Under the pieces are notes generated by a model. It was not told the DNA's origin, did no database searches, and saw only the letters and a program-made list of their open reading frames with translations. A DNA stretch of 64,000 bases from an uncultured Pseudomonadota bacterium. GTDB taxonomy: Bacteria; Pseudomonadota; Gammaproteobacteria; Burkholderiales; JALYOK01. The stretch covers positions 39,722 through 103,721 of the forward strand of contig CAVQPB010000004.1 in NCBI GenBank assembly GCA_963714525.1, read 5' to 3'. Each line of letters starts with the position of its first letter. Position 1 is the first letter of the stretch. This document shows positions 10,747-20,044 of this stretch, in pieces. Both the position numbers and the translations under genes were made by a program.

Positions 10747-12255
10747 ATGCAGTCGGATTTAGACGCCAAACTCCAGAAACGCAAGCTTGATGCGCTGAAA
10801 CGCGGCATACACCGAGTTCGCGGTGACAGTTCTACCCCATTTTCTATTCATGTCGTAGGCCTAGGCAAAGCGGGCTGCGACGTGATTACTCAGATGTTGC
10901 GCGACATAGCGGCTTCGCATTTGGCCGACGATCGAGTTCGTATTACGGCGCTTGCGGTGGATATCGGCGACAGGGCACTTGCCCAGGTTCGAGACGTTGC
11001 TAGCACATTAAAGTCTGATAGGGTATTTGTCGAAACGTTTGCCCTCGATGTTCCTAGTCGGGCAGAACTGCAAGATAGCCTCCAGCGCCATCGCGACTTC
11101 TTGAAACTGGAGTACCCGCTTTATTATTTTAATCCCCATTACGAACCCTGGATTCCAAATGACGTAGTCGTTTCGCCTAACGACGGGCATTTTGATCGAG
11201 CCGTCGTGAAGGCGCTATATAGCCGCGCATACTACGATGGTGCGCGTCCTCTTGCTGCTTCGCTACGACGTTTCCGCGAAAGTGTCGAGACGACGTCACT
11301 GGATTCAATGGTTTGCATCGTCTTCGGTCTCGGAGGCGGTACCGGTAGCGCTGTCGCCACCGATCTAGCGCGGCATTTGTCGACCGTCGAATTCGGCCAT
11401 CGCGTGGTGGTAACCGGTATCGGTATCGCGCCCTGCGAAGGCGATGATCCTAAGCATCGATCGGGGGCCGTATTTCCAGTAATTTCTGAAATCGATTGTA
11501 TGCTGGACGAAACCAAGAACCGCGGCGTGGTAGCGGCGTTCGGCGATTTGTACCGTAATCCATATACCGGCGGTTTTATCATTGTTCCGCAGCAACCCAC
11601 TTGGCACGGAACTAAAGACCTTGCCGCGACCCACCAGCGCATAGATCGTGAGCTAGCGTCGCTCCTACTCGCGGACCACGGCGCGCAGTTGTGGGAAACC
11701 TTGCGTTTTCTCAATTGGGTTGCGGCTCCTTCGACCCAGCATTCGGCGGCGCGCACGCCTTACGGCCCGCAGTGGTTACATTTGTGGAATTTCGTAGATA
11801 CCGATAATAAAGGGAAGCTCACGACGACCGATTAGCCTAAAGCAGCTCGGCGTTCGCTCGAGCTATCAACCCGAGATCATCGAGTTGCGTTCGCCCGTTC
11901 CGGATGACCCGGAACTTACGACGATCGTGACGAGCATCGATCAATTCTTCAAGCCCGAGGCGAACACACTCATTCGCAAGGCGGCGTAAAGGGCTCGGTG
12001 CAGTTCATCTTGCCGCGTTTGCGCAAGACCGATCTCGACTTGTTTTTTGACGCGCAAGATGCTTACGACGCTCTGTCGAAAACGCAAAAATTGCTTGCGC
12101 ACGCTTGGCTTTTGGACCTTGGCATCATGCTCTGTGAACCCGGCGCCCATCTGGAAGGCATGGCCGGCGCCGGTCTATGGAGTAGCGACAGTTGGGTCGC
12201 TGTGCCATACGACGCGATTCGGATCGCCGAGGAACCACGCAAGGCGGCCGCGTAG
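10747..12255 (+). CDS. Tubulin/FtsZ-signature protein, putative beta subunit of an atypical (AnhB-like) nitrile hydratase; two compensating frameshifts
   Basis: VVGLGKAG and FGLGGGTGS motifs; collinear paralog of 12773-14461. Frame 1 stops at 11835, frame 2 carries ISLKQLGVRSSYQPEIIELR, frame 1 resumes by about 11975. About 502 codons if repaired. Confidence 0.65.
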
Positions 12256-12334
12256 GTGAATACTGCGCCATTAATAAATCGTCCCACGACGATCGGCGGG
12301 TTTGCAAGTCAGTTCGGCTGGATGGAGTAATACG

Positions 12335-12661
12335 ATGCCCCTTGATTGGTCGGTGGTTAAATCGAAATATGGGACGGGCTTCAAAGTGCCGACGGTAGCC
12401 GGAGGCAAGTTTCTTAAGGTTGCACGTGCCGATGATGAAGCGATCTACATCGAATCTCCGATCTGGAGCGCGGTGTTGCGCCGAGCCGATCTTGAAAAGG
12501 CGGTCGAGTTGATCGAAACGGGCACTATTTCCCGCGATCCCGGATTGTTCGTCGAAGATTACATGCTCTATGTATCGAATACGCGCGCGACATCGGTCGC
12601 GCATATTTTGCGCGATCTTGGTTTTCTCGATCAGACCGAGACGTTTTCGATTAGGTGTTGA
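12335..12661 (+). CDS. 108-aa protein between the two tubulin-like paralogs; putative AnhE-like metallochaperone
   Basis: GGAG RBS before ATG 12335 (MPLDWSVVKSKYG). Function inferred from position and size only. Confidence 0.6.
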   Translation: MPLDWSVVKSKYGTGFKVPTVAGGKFLKVARADDEAIYIESPIWSAVLRRADLEKAVELIETGTISRDPGLFVEDYMLYVSNTRATSVAHILRDLGFLDQTETFSIRC

Positions 12662-12772
12662 GCGTAGAAAATCGCTCTAATAAGCGGAAAAATTGCACTG
12701 TTCCGGAATGCAAGACTCGATGCAAGTTTCGTAATGTTTTGCTCAACGTAGTTTAACGTGAAGGAGGTTTAA

Positions 12773-14461
12773 ATGAGTGGATCTATCTATCACAGCGCAA
12801 CTGGCGCCCAGTCGCCCCACTGTATGCACGCCATCGGCATCGGCCGCACTGGCATGGTCTACATCGAGGCGCTGCTGCGCACCGGTGAAATCGAGGATTT
12901 GCTGGCTGATCCGCGCGCGACTTTCGCGGCGATGGTGGTCGATATCGGCGATCAAGACATGGGTATCGTTACCGATTATGCTAACTCGTTCAAAAAGCGC
13001 CTCGAATCGCGCGGCATCCCAATCGAGCGCTTTCAATTCCAGGCAATCGCATTGCCGGTGCCGGCCAAGGACGAATTCTTCGAGGGCATGAACCGTACCC
13101 GCGAGTGGTTAAAGTTAGAGTATCCGCGCTATTACTGGAACCCGAACTTCGAGTCCTATGTGCCGCACAAGTACGAGCTTCCGAAGGCCGGCAACCATTT
13201 CCCGCGCGCGGTGGCCAAGGGCATCTATGCCAACGCCTATTACGCCGGCGACCGCCCCATGGATTTAGCGTTACGCAAGTTCGTTGACCAGGTCGAGAAG
13301 GCGACGCTGCCGTCGATGGTAACGGTGTGCTTCAGCTTGGCGGGCGGCACCGGCAGCGGCATCGTGGTTGACCTGGCGCGGCACTTGTCCAACGTCAAGC
13401 TCGGCCGGCGCATCCCGGTCATCGGTGTCGGCCAGTTGTCCTCCAGTGGGGATCCAGACACCTATCATAACAACCCCACGATGTATACCACGCTCAATGA
13501 CCTTGACTGCATGCTTGACGACGATAAGAACGCCGGCGTTACCGCGGTGTGGGGCGACCTGTATCGCAGCCCGTTCACCGGCGGCTTCTTCGTGGTCAAC
13601 CCCGAGCAGAGTTGGCAACGCCTGACCGCCTACACCACCACCGGCGAGAAAGAGATCCGCCAAGGCTTCAAGGAGATGGTGACCAATCGCTTCGTCGCCG
13701 ATTCGTTCATGCGCTTCGCGGTGCTGGAGAACGGACGCGTGCTGTTCAGAGCGATGCGCCCGGCGGGATTCACCGGTGCGCCGCACGAGACGCTATCGGC
13801 CAAGTCACGCAACTGGACACTATTCGATGTCGCTAAGCTGAGTCACCCTGGTGTGCAGGTGCTGCCGGGCGAAGCGGGCTCAAAGTGGGATTCGGTTCTG
13901 GCGCAATGGATCGATTTCGTGCCCAAGTACAGCGGACTGAAAGATGGTTTCAAGACCGACTACGCCGAAGTGCATGTTCACGCCTCACGTGACATGGGCT
14001 TCGACATGCTCGATAAAGCCTTTAAAGATATGGTTACTAAGCAGTACCTGCTTGACGGGGACTCGACCTACCAGGGCTACCACCATGAGTTCTTCGATGC
14101 GCTGACCGCGTATGGGAATATTATTCTTCCGGGCGTCGCCAAGACCGACTTGACTGCCTTCTGGGAAAGCCAGAAGAACTACGACAAACTGACTTGGGAA
14201 GAAAAACTGAACGAGCACGCCTGGTTGATCGACATCGGCCCCATGCTGTCCGAACCTGCGATCCGTTTCGAAGGCATGGCCGGTGAGTGCATCTGGGGTT
14301 GCGCGTGTTGGGTAGTCGTGCCCTACGATCAATTGCGGGGCGACAAGTTACCACCGCCTAACCGCAAGGTGATCATGGAAGAAGGTATTGCCATGATGAC
14401 CAAGACCGTAGTTAAGACGCCTGGTGGCGATGCTAAGAAGCCTGCCAAGGCGCACGCTTAG
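12773..14461 (+). CDS. Tubulin/FtsZ-signature protein with C-terminal CIWGCAC motif, putative alpha (metal-binding) subunit of an atypical (AnhA-like) nitrile hydratase
   Basis: Strong RBS AAGGAGGT. AIGIGRTG, FSLAGGTGSG, Cys cluster at 14288-14308. 562 aa. Confidence 0.7.
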   Translation: MSGSIYHSATGAQSPHCMHAIGIGRTGMVYIEALLRTGEIEDLLADPRATFAAMVVDIGDQDMGIVTDYANSFKKRLESRGIPIERFQFQAIALPVPAKDEFFEGMNRTREWLKLEYPRYYWNPNFESYVPHKYELPKAGNHFPRAVAKGIYANAYYAGDRPMDLALRKFVDQVEKATLPSMVTVCFSLAGGTGSGIVVDLARHLSNVKLGRRIPVIGVGQLSSSGDPDTYHNNPTMYTTLNDLDCMLDDDKNAGVTAVWGDLYRSPFTGGFFVVNPEQSWQRLTAYTTTGEKEIRQGFKEMVTNRFVADSFMRFAVLENGRVLFRAMRPAGFTGAPHETLSAKSRNWTLFDVAKLSHPGVQVLPGEAGSKWDSVLAQWIDFVPKYSGLKDGFKTDYAEVHVHASRDMGFDMLDKAFKDMVTKQYLLDGDSTYQGYHHEFFDALTAYGNIILPGVAKTDLTAFWESQKNYDKLTWEEKLNEHAWLIDIGPMLSEPAIRFEGMAGECIWGCACWVVVPYDQLRGDKLPPPNRKVIMEEGIAMMTKTVVKTPGGDAKKPAKAHA

Positions 14462-14477
14462 TGCGATTGGCGCCATG

Positions 14478-14511
14478 GGCCGGGGGCGGTGTTACAGCCG
14501 CTCCCGGTTTG
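14478..14511 (+). terminator. GC-rich hairpin after the 562-aa gene (weak terminator or mRNA stabiliser)
   Basis: CCGGGGGCGG...CCGCTCCCGG followed by a short T run. Confidence 0.4.
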
Positions 14512-14639
14512 TGGGCCTACGTTCGCGGTCGGGGCGGCCTCGTCGCCGCACCGATCGCGCTGAATTCCTGCGTGGCGCCCGTGCGCCACTCAAAACAAAT
14601 TTTTCTTTTCAACTTTTGGTTTCTGGCTTAGCATTTTCC

Positions 14640-15455
14640 ATGGACGATAGAATTCGCCCTTACCTAATCGAGCAGCAACCCTACTACCAAGCGGCGGGCA
14701 AGGAAATCGCGCTATTCAGCGCCGCCTTTGCGCGGCGCCTGCCGATGATACTGAAAGGTCCGACGGGCTGCGGCAAAACGCGGTTTGTCGAACATATGGC
14801 GTGGCGTCTAAAGCTGCCGTTGATCACGCTGGCCTGCAACGAAGACATGACGGCATCGGACTTGGTGGGGCGTTACCTGCTGGACACCGACGGCACCGTT
14901 TGGCATGACGGCCCGCTGACGTTGGCTGCGCGCTACGGCGCGATCTGCTACCTGGACGAAGTCGTCGAGGCGCGCCAGGACACCAACGTGATCATCCATC
15001 CGCTTACCGACGAGCGGCGTATCCTGCCCCTCGACAAACGCGGCGAACTCGTCAAAGCCCACGCGGACTTTCATCTGGTGGTGTCTTACAACCCCGGCTA
15101 TCAAAGTGCCGCCAAGGATCTCAAACAGTCCACCAAACAACGTTTCGGCGCCATCGACTTCGACTACCCACCGACCGACATTGAAACCAGTATCGTCGCC
15201 CACGAGAGCGGTGTCGCAGCGGACCTCGCTGCAAAACTGGTGGGCATCGCGCATCAGTCGCGCGCACTATGCGGGCGAGGGTTGGAGGAGGGCATCTCCA
15301 CCCGAATGCTGATCCACGCTGGCGGACTCATCGCCGACAACATAGCCGCACATGACGCCTGCCGACTGGCGATGACCACTCCGCTCACGGACGATAAGGA
15401 TTTGCTCGGCGCCCTAGACGGCTTTGTCGAAAACTATTTTGGACCGGCGCCATGA
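14640..15455 (+). CDS. cbbQ: CbbQ/NirQ/NorQ family AAA+ ATPase (copy 1)
   Basis: [46 protein letters not shown]. Confidence 0.9.
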   Translation: MDDRIRPYLIEQQPYYQAAGKEIALFSAAFARRLPMILKGPTGCGKTRFVEHMAWRLKLPLITLACNEDMTASDLVGRYLLDTDGTVWHDGPLTLAARYGAICYLDEVVEARQDTNVIIHPLTDERRILPLDKRGELVKAHADFHLVVSYNPGYQSAAKDLKQSTKQRFGAIDFDYPPTDIETSIVAHESGVAADLAAKLVGIAHQSRALCGRGLEEGISTRMLIHAGGLIADNIAAHDACRLAMTTPLTDDKDLLGALDGFVENYFGPAP

Positions 15456-17455
15456 TTACCGACGACGTGGCGCTACGGTTGCAAGTGTTACGCAACAACG
15501 ATCGCCCGGCGCACGAGGCGCTAGTGCAAGTCATGACCGATCTGAACGGACATTTCAGCGGACAACTCAATAAGGCGGCTCTGATCGATTTGCTGTGCCA
15601 AATCAGCGTGGAATCGCCCCCATCCGCCGTCGCGCTGATCGATAGGCTCACTTCGTTACCCATCGAGCTAGATGTGATGACCTTACGCAAGTGGGCGTTT
15701 CACGGCTTGCAGCGTTATCGCAGCGAACCGGCTAAACGCCTAAGGCATTTTGAGGTCGACGATCCATTCGCCTTCGCCGACCGTGAGGCCGAGATCGATA
15801 GCGAACACCTGCTCGCCAGGCGTGAGGAATTACTACACTATTTGGCCGGCTTCGGGTTCTCCAATTTGCGGCTTGAGTTACAGGAACCTTCCCCTATCGG
15901 CGCCTTCGCGCAAGGCCCGGCGATAGGCGATGACCTGCTGCTTTTCCCTCGACGCTTCGGCGCTAATGTATCTAATAGGCGCGAGCTGCTATATCGCGCC
16001 GTCGCTGCGCACGCCGCGGCGCACTTACAGTTCTCCCCGCGAGCTCGGCTTGCGGGTAATCGGCAGCCGATGCTGATCGCGATTATGTCGCTGATTGAAG
16101 ATGCCCGTGTGGAGCGGCTCCTGGCGCAGCGCTACCCCGGTCTAGGCGCGTTGTGGGGGCTGTTCCACGTTGCTACCCGGACTAGCGCTGGTTTTGATTT
16201 CGCCGGATTGGCTGCACGCCTTGCCCATGCGGTACACGATCCCGATTACGTCGATAGCAACTCGTGGGTGATGAAGGGCCGCCAACTGTTTGAGGAGGCC
16301 GCGCACGATTTGCACGACATCACCGCATTCGACAAGGTCGCTCGTTTGTTAGCGATCGATATCGAGAAAATGCGCTTGGCGTTCAAAGCGAGCGCCTATC
16401 GGGTCGAGCCGATTTATCGCGACGATAATTCCCTGTTGTGGAATTTCAATCCTCCCGCGACTGTGGATGAGACGGAAACGGTGATGCGCGAGAAATTCGA
16501 ACTCAAGCCGCTGGAATTGAATGAACAGCAAATGCAAAACCTGCACCGAGTCGAAGTCGACCAACGCCGTCGCACGCACTACCCGGAGTGGGATTGCAAG
16601 CTCGAAGCCGTGCGCGAGAACTGGGCGACCGTCATCGAAACTGAATCCGCGGCGAAACCGGGAACAACTCGTAGATCTTCGCGCGCCATTTCCCATGCCG
16701 GCATTCGCTTTAAAGGACTGGAACGTATTCCTGATCGATCGCTCCGCCTCAATCGTTTAGAGGAAGGCGACGAGCTCGACTTGAACGCCGCCGTGGACAG
16801 CATGGTGTCGCGCCGGAGCCGCGCAATCCCGGATTCGCGCATCTTCCGGCGTCATGGCCGGCGCCGCCGCTCCACCGCAATCGTGTTATTGATGGACTTG
16901 TCGGCCTCCACCCAACGCTTCGTGCCCGGGAGTTTCACCAGTGTGCTCGACGTCGAAAAACGTGCCGCGACGTTGGTGGCTGAATCGCTGGATCCATCCC
17001 GCGACCGGGTGGCGGTGCATGGCTTTTCGTCCAACGGCCGGCAAGAAGTGAATTACGTCTGTATTAAAGATTTCGATGAATCGTTCGGGCTCGAGCAAAA
17101 AAGGCTTTTGCACCGGCAGGAAGGGCGTCTGTCGACCCGCATGGGCGCCGCGTTGCGGCACGCGAGCCTTGCTCTTGGTCGCGAGGAGGCGGACCACAAG
17201 GTCATCTTGTTGCTTACCGATGGCGAGCCTTCGGATATCGATGTGTTCGAGGAAGACTATCTGGTCGAAGATACCCGCCACGCCGTGACCACTGCCGCCG
17301 CCCGGGGCATCAAAACTTTCTGCCTAACTCTAGACCGGCACGCCGACGCCTATGTGCGCCGTATCTTCGGTATGCGCAATTACATGATCGCCGACAAGGC
17401 CGACGCATTTGCGGGCAGCACCGGCCAGGCGCTGGTGAAATTGATCGCCCATTGA
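15452..17455 (+). CDS. CbbO/NorD-like VWA-domain adaptor (copy 1)
   Basis: EDARVE, YPEWD, MIDAS DLSAS, STRMGAALRHA, TDGEPSDID. ATGA overlap with cbbQ. Confidence 0.88.
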   Translation: MITDDVALRLQVLRNNDRPAHEALVQVMTDLNGHFSGQLNKAALIDLLCQISVESPPSAVALIDRLTSLPIELDVMTLRKWAFHGLQRYRSEPAKRLRHFEVDDPFAFADREAEIDSEHLLARREELLHYLAGFGFSNLRLELQEPSPIGAFAQGPAIGDDLLLFPRRFGANVSNRRELLYRAVAAHAAAHLQFSPRARLAGNRQPMLIAIMSLIEDARVERLLAQRYPGLGALWGLFHVATRTSAGFDFAGLAARLAHAVHDPDYVDSNSWVMKGRQLFEEAAHDLHDITAFDKVARLLAIDIEKMRLAFKASAYRVEPIYRDDNSLLWNFNPPATVDETETVMREKFELKPLELNEQQMQNLHRVEVDQRRRTHYPEWDCKLEAVRENWATVIETESAAKPGTTRRSSRAISHAGIRFKGLERIPDRSLRLNRLEEGDELDLNAAVDSMVSRRSRAIPDSRIFRRHGRRRRSTAIVLLMDLSASTQRFVPGSFTSVLDVEKRAATLVAESLDPSRDRVAVHGFSSNGRQEVNYVCIKDFDESFGLEQKRLLHRQEGRLSTRMGAALRHASLALGREEADHKVILLLTDGEPSDIDVFEEDYLVEDTRHAVTTAAARGIKTFCLTLDRHADAYVRRIFGMRNYMIADKADAFAGSTGQALVKLIAH

Positions 17456-17499
17456 CTAACGATTTTTTCTTACAACCCATTAACATCAAGGAACGTTGA

Positions 17500-17982
17500 A
17501 TGTCTATCAAACCAGGAGATCAAGTTCCCGCCGCGACCTTCAAGCAGCTTACTGCTAGCGGCATGGCGAATATCGACACAGGCAAATTGCTAAAAGGAAG
17601 AAGGGTTGTGTTGTTCGGCCTGCCCGGGGCTTACACGCCCGTCTGCTCAGCTAGTCACTTGCCGGGATTCGTGGCGAGAGCCGCCGAGCTAAAATCCCAG
17701 GGCGTCGACGAGATCGTGTGCGTCTCAGTCAATGACCCATTCGTGATGCACGCTTGGGGAAAGGAACATGGCGCCGACGGCAAAGTAACCATGTTGGCGG
17801 ATGCCGACGGTGCATTCACCCGCGCCATGGGACTGAGCCTGGATCTGCCGGATTTTGGATTGAGCGGGCGCTCAGAACGCTACTCGATGGTGGTCGACAA
17901 CGGCGTGGTGAAGAACATCAACGTCGAAAAGAGTGTACTCGACCATGGTGTTAGTAGTGCTACTTCTTGTATGATTAGTTGA
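17500..17982 (+). CDS. Peroxiredoxin (Prx5/type II)
   Basis: PGAYTPVCSASHLPGF, SVNDPFVM, RSERY. Confidence 0.92.
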   Translation: MSIKPGDQVPAATFKQLTASGMANIDTGKLLKGRRVVLFGLPGAYTPVCSASHLPGFVARAAELKSQGVDEIVCVSVNDPFVMHAWGKEHGADGKVTMLADADGAFTRAMGLSLDLPDFGLSGRSERYSMVVDNGVVKNINVEKSVLDHGVSSATSCMIS

Positions 17983-18003
17983 TGGCAACGCGAAGGTATT
18001 TTA

Positions 18004-18993
18004 ATGGCCGAGCAACCGAAAAGCGATGTGCGAATTCCCGTGACGGTGATCACGGGTTTTCTCGGATCGGGTAAAACCACGCTGCTGAACCATATTTTGA
18101 GTCAGCAGCATGGCCGCAGAATCGCTGTCATCGTCAATGAGTTCGGCGAGGTGGGGATCGACGGTCAACTCATCGTCAAAGACGATGACGAACAGTTAGT
18201 CGAATTCAACAATGGCTGTTTGTGCTGCACCGTGCGCGGCGATCTCATCGAAACCATCGATAAGCTGCGCTCCCGTGCGGGGCAGCTCGACGCGATCCTG
18301 ATCGAGACGACGGGTTTGGCGGATCCTGCCCCGGTCGCATCGGTATTTTTTGTCTCGGATAAAGTCAGGGCGGGTGTGCGGCTCGATTCCTTCGTCACGG
18401 TGGTGGATGCGGTCAATCTGGAACAGAACTTGAGCCAGAATCATGAGGCCTATGAGCAAGTCACGTTCGCCGATATCACGCTGATCAACAAGACGGACTT
18501 GGTTTCCAAAGAGGATTTGCAGCGCGTCGAAGCGCGTATCCGCGCCCTCAATCCGCTGACTCGCATCTACTATACGGCGCACGGCGTGGTCGATTTGGCA
18601 AACATTCTCGACGTCGGCGCCTTCGAACTCGAAGCCAAGCTCGAAGTCGATCCGAAGTTCCTGGATGACTTGGAGCACGAACACGATCCTGAAATCGGTT
18701 CCATCGTGCTGCGAGAAGATAGGCCCATCGACGTCAATCGGTTCATGACCTGGATGACCTCGATCTTGCAAGAACAGGGCGAGGATCTGTTCCGTAGTAA
18801 AGGTGTATTTTATGCGCAGGGATTTCGCGAGCGGGTTATTTTTCAGAGCGTGCGCATGTTAACGTCCATGCGTCCATTCAAGCTGTGGCAAGCCGACGAA
18901 ATAAAGCGTAGCGAGTTTGTCATGATTGGGCGGAAGTTGAATCGTGAAAAACTAGCCGAGGGTTTAGCAAGCTGCGTCGCGCGCACCCACTAG
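18004..18993 (+). CDS. COG0523/CobW-family metallochaperone GTPase
   Basis: TGFLGSGKTT, NEFGE, GCLCC, ETTGLADP, NKTD, short His patch HEHD. Confidence 0.92.
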   Translation: MAEQPKSDVRIPVTVITGFLGSGKTTLLNHILSQQHGRRIAVIVNEFGEVGIDGQLIVKDDDEQLVEFNNGCLCCTVRGDLIETIDKLRSRAGQLDAILIETTGLADPAPVASVFFVSDKVRAGVRLDSFVTVVDAVNLEQNLSQNHEAYEQVTFADITLINKTDLVSKEDLQRVEARIRALNPLTRIYYTAHGVVDLANILDVGAFELEAKLEVDPKFLDDLEHEHDPEIGSIVLREDRPIDVNRFMTWMTSILQEQGEDLFRSKGVFYAQGFRERVIFQSVRMLTSMRPFKLWQADEIKRSEFVMIGRKLNREKLAEGLASCVARTH

Positions 18994-19073
18994 GGGACGT
19001 GCGAAGTGATCTTAACGATGTTTTTGGTTTAGTTGTTGAACTGTCATTCACTTTACAAAAGGAGATCAGCATC

Positions 19074-19292
19074 ATGACTACGCAATCAACCCATAACACC
19101 ATCGCCACAACCCCCAGTTTGGCGGGTAGCGATTTACTGGTTCACGGCGCTGCCATCGGCAGCAAATGGCCGGCATTGTTCGCCGTCATCCTGGGTGCGG
19201 TTGTACTTTTCGGCGTCGGTTTTTCGAACCTCAGCGTGAGCCACAACGCTGCTCACGATACTCGCCATGCCATGGTTTTTCCATGCCATTAA
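19074..19292 (+). CDS. cbtB: Cobalt transporter subunit CbtB
   Basis: Single TM helix and C-terminal HNAAHDTRHAMVFPCH. AGGAG RBS. Confidence 0.88.
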   Translation: MTTQSTHNTIATTPSLAGSDLLVHGAAIGSKWPALFAVILGAVVLFGVGFSNLSVSHNAAHDTRHAMVFPCH

Positions 19293-20041
19293 GCGGACAG
19301 CGATCTTTCCGGCACATCGTGTTGTCCGCGGTGATTGCCGGATTGATCACCGGCGTGTTGATCACGTTGGTGCAGATGTTCACCACCGTGCCACTCATCG
19401 CCCAAGCGGAAGTGTATGAGCAAGGCGGTGTAAAACCCGAAGCCGTTGCGCCGGTCGCCAAAGATGCGGTCGATGCGGCGCACGACCATGATGCTCATGA
19501 TCATGGGGCGGAATCCTGGGCGCCGAAAGATGGGTTTGAGCGCACGTTTTATACCGCGCTTACGTCCGTCCTAGTTGCGATTGGCTACGCTCTGCTCCTG
19601 GGAGCTTGTTTTTCGCAAATGCGATCGGTCGGCTGGCGCACCGGGTTGGCGCTCGGCGTCGCTGGGTTTCTGGTGTTTCAACTTGCGCCGGCGCTCGGGC
19701 TTCCTCCGCAACCGCCAGGATCACCTTATGCCGATCTGGTGGCGCGGCAACTATGGTGGGTAGGCACTGCGGTGGCAACCGCGTTGGGATTGGGCGCTTG
19801 GTTTTATGCTCGTACACACTCGAAGGCATTGTGGATACCGGTCGGCATTGTGTTGATCTTGCTTCCCCATGTCATCGGTGCGCCGCAGCCCGTCGAAGGC
19901 CAGGTTGCTATCTTGCCCAAAGAGCTATCGCAACGCTTTGCGTTGTTGGCGTTATTCACGGCCGCTGTTTTCTGGATCGTGCTGGGAAGCCTGCAAGGCT
20001 ATGTGTTCGGCAGGCTGGGTCGGCGTCAGGCGCCCGGTTAG
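19283..20041 (+). CDS. cbtA: Cobalt transporter subunit CbtA
   Basis: PLIAQAEVYE, His patch HDHDAHDH, WAPKDGFER, LGLPPQPPG, RQLWW, PHVIGAP. Confidence 0.9.
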   Translation: MPLSGQRSFRHIVLSAVIAGLITGVLITLVQMFTTVPLIAQAEVYEQGGVKPEAVAPVAKDAVDAAHDHDAHDHGAESWAPKDGFERTFYTALTSVLVAIGYALLLGACFSQMRSVGWRTGLALGVAGFLVFQLAPALGLPPQPPGSPYADLVARQLWWVGTAVATALGLGAWFYARTHSKALWIPVGIVLILLPHVIGAPQPVEGQVAILPKELSQRFALLALFTAAVFWIVLGSLQGYVFGRLGRRQAPG

Positions 20042-20044
20042 CGA

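Noticed and set aside
10747-14461. Cell-division FtsZ or plasmid/phage TubZ segregation system
   Set aside because: No dcw, replicon or phage context, the proteins are much longer with a Cys-motif C-terminal domain, and the neighbours are nitrile and cobalt genes.
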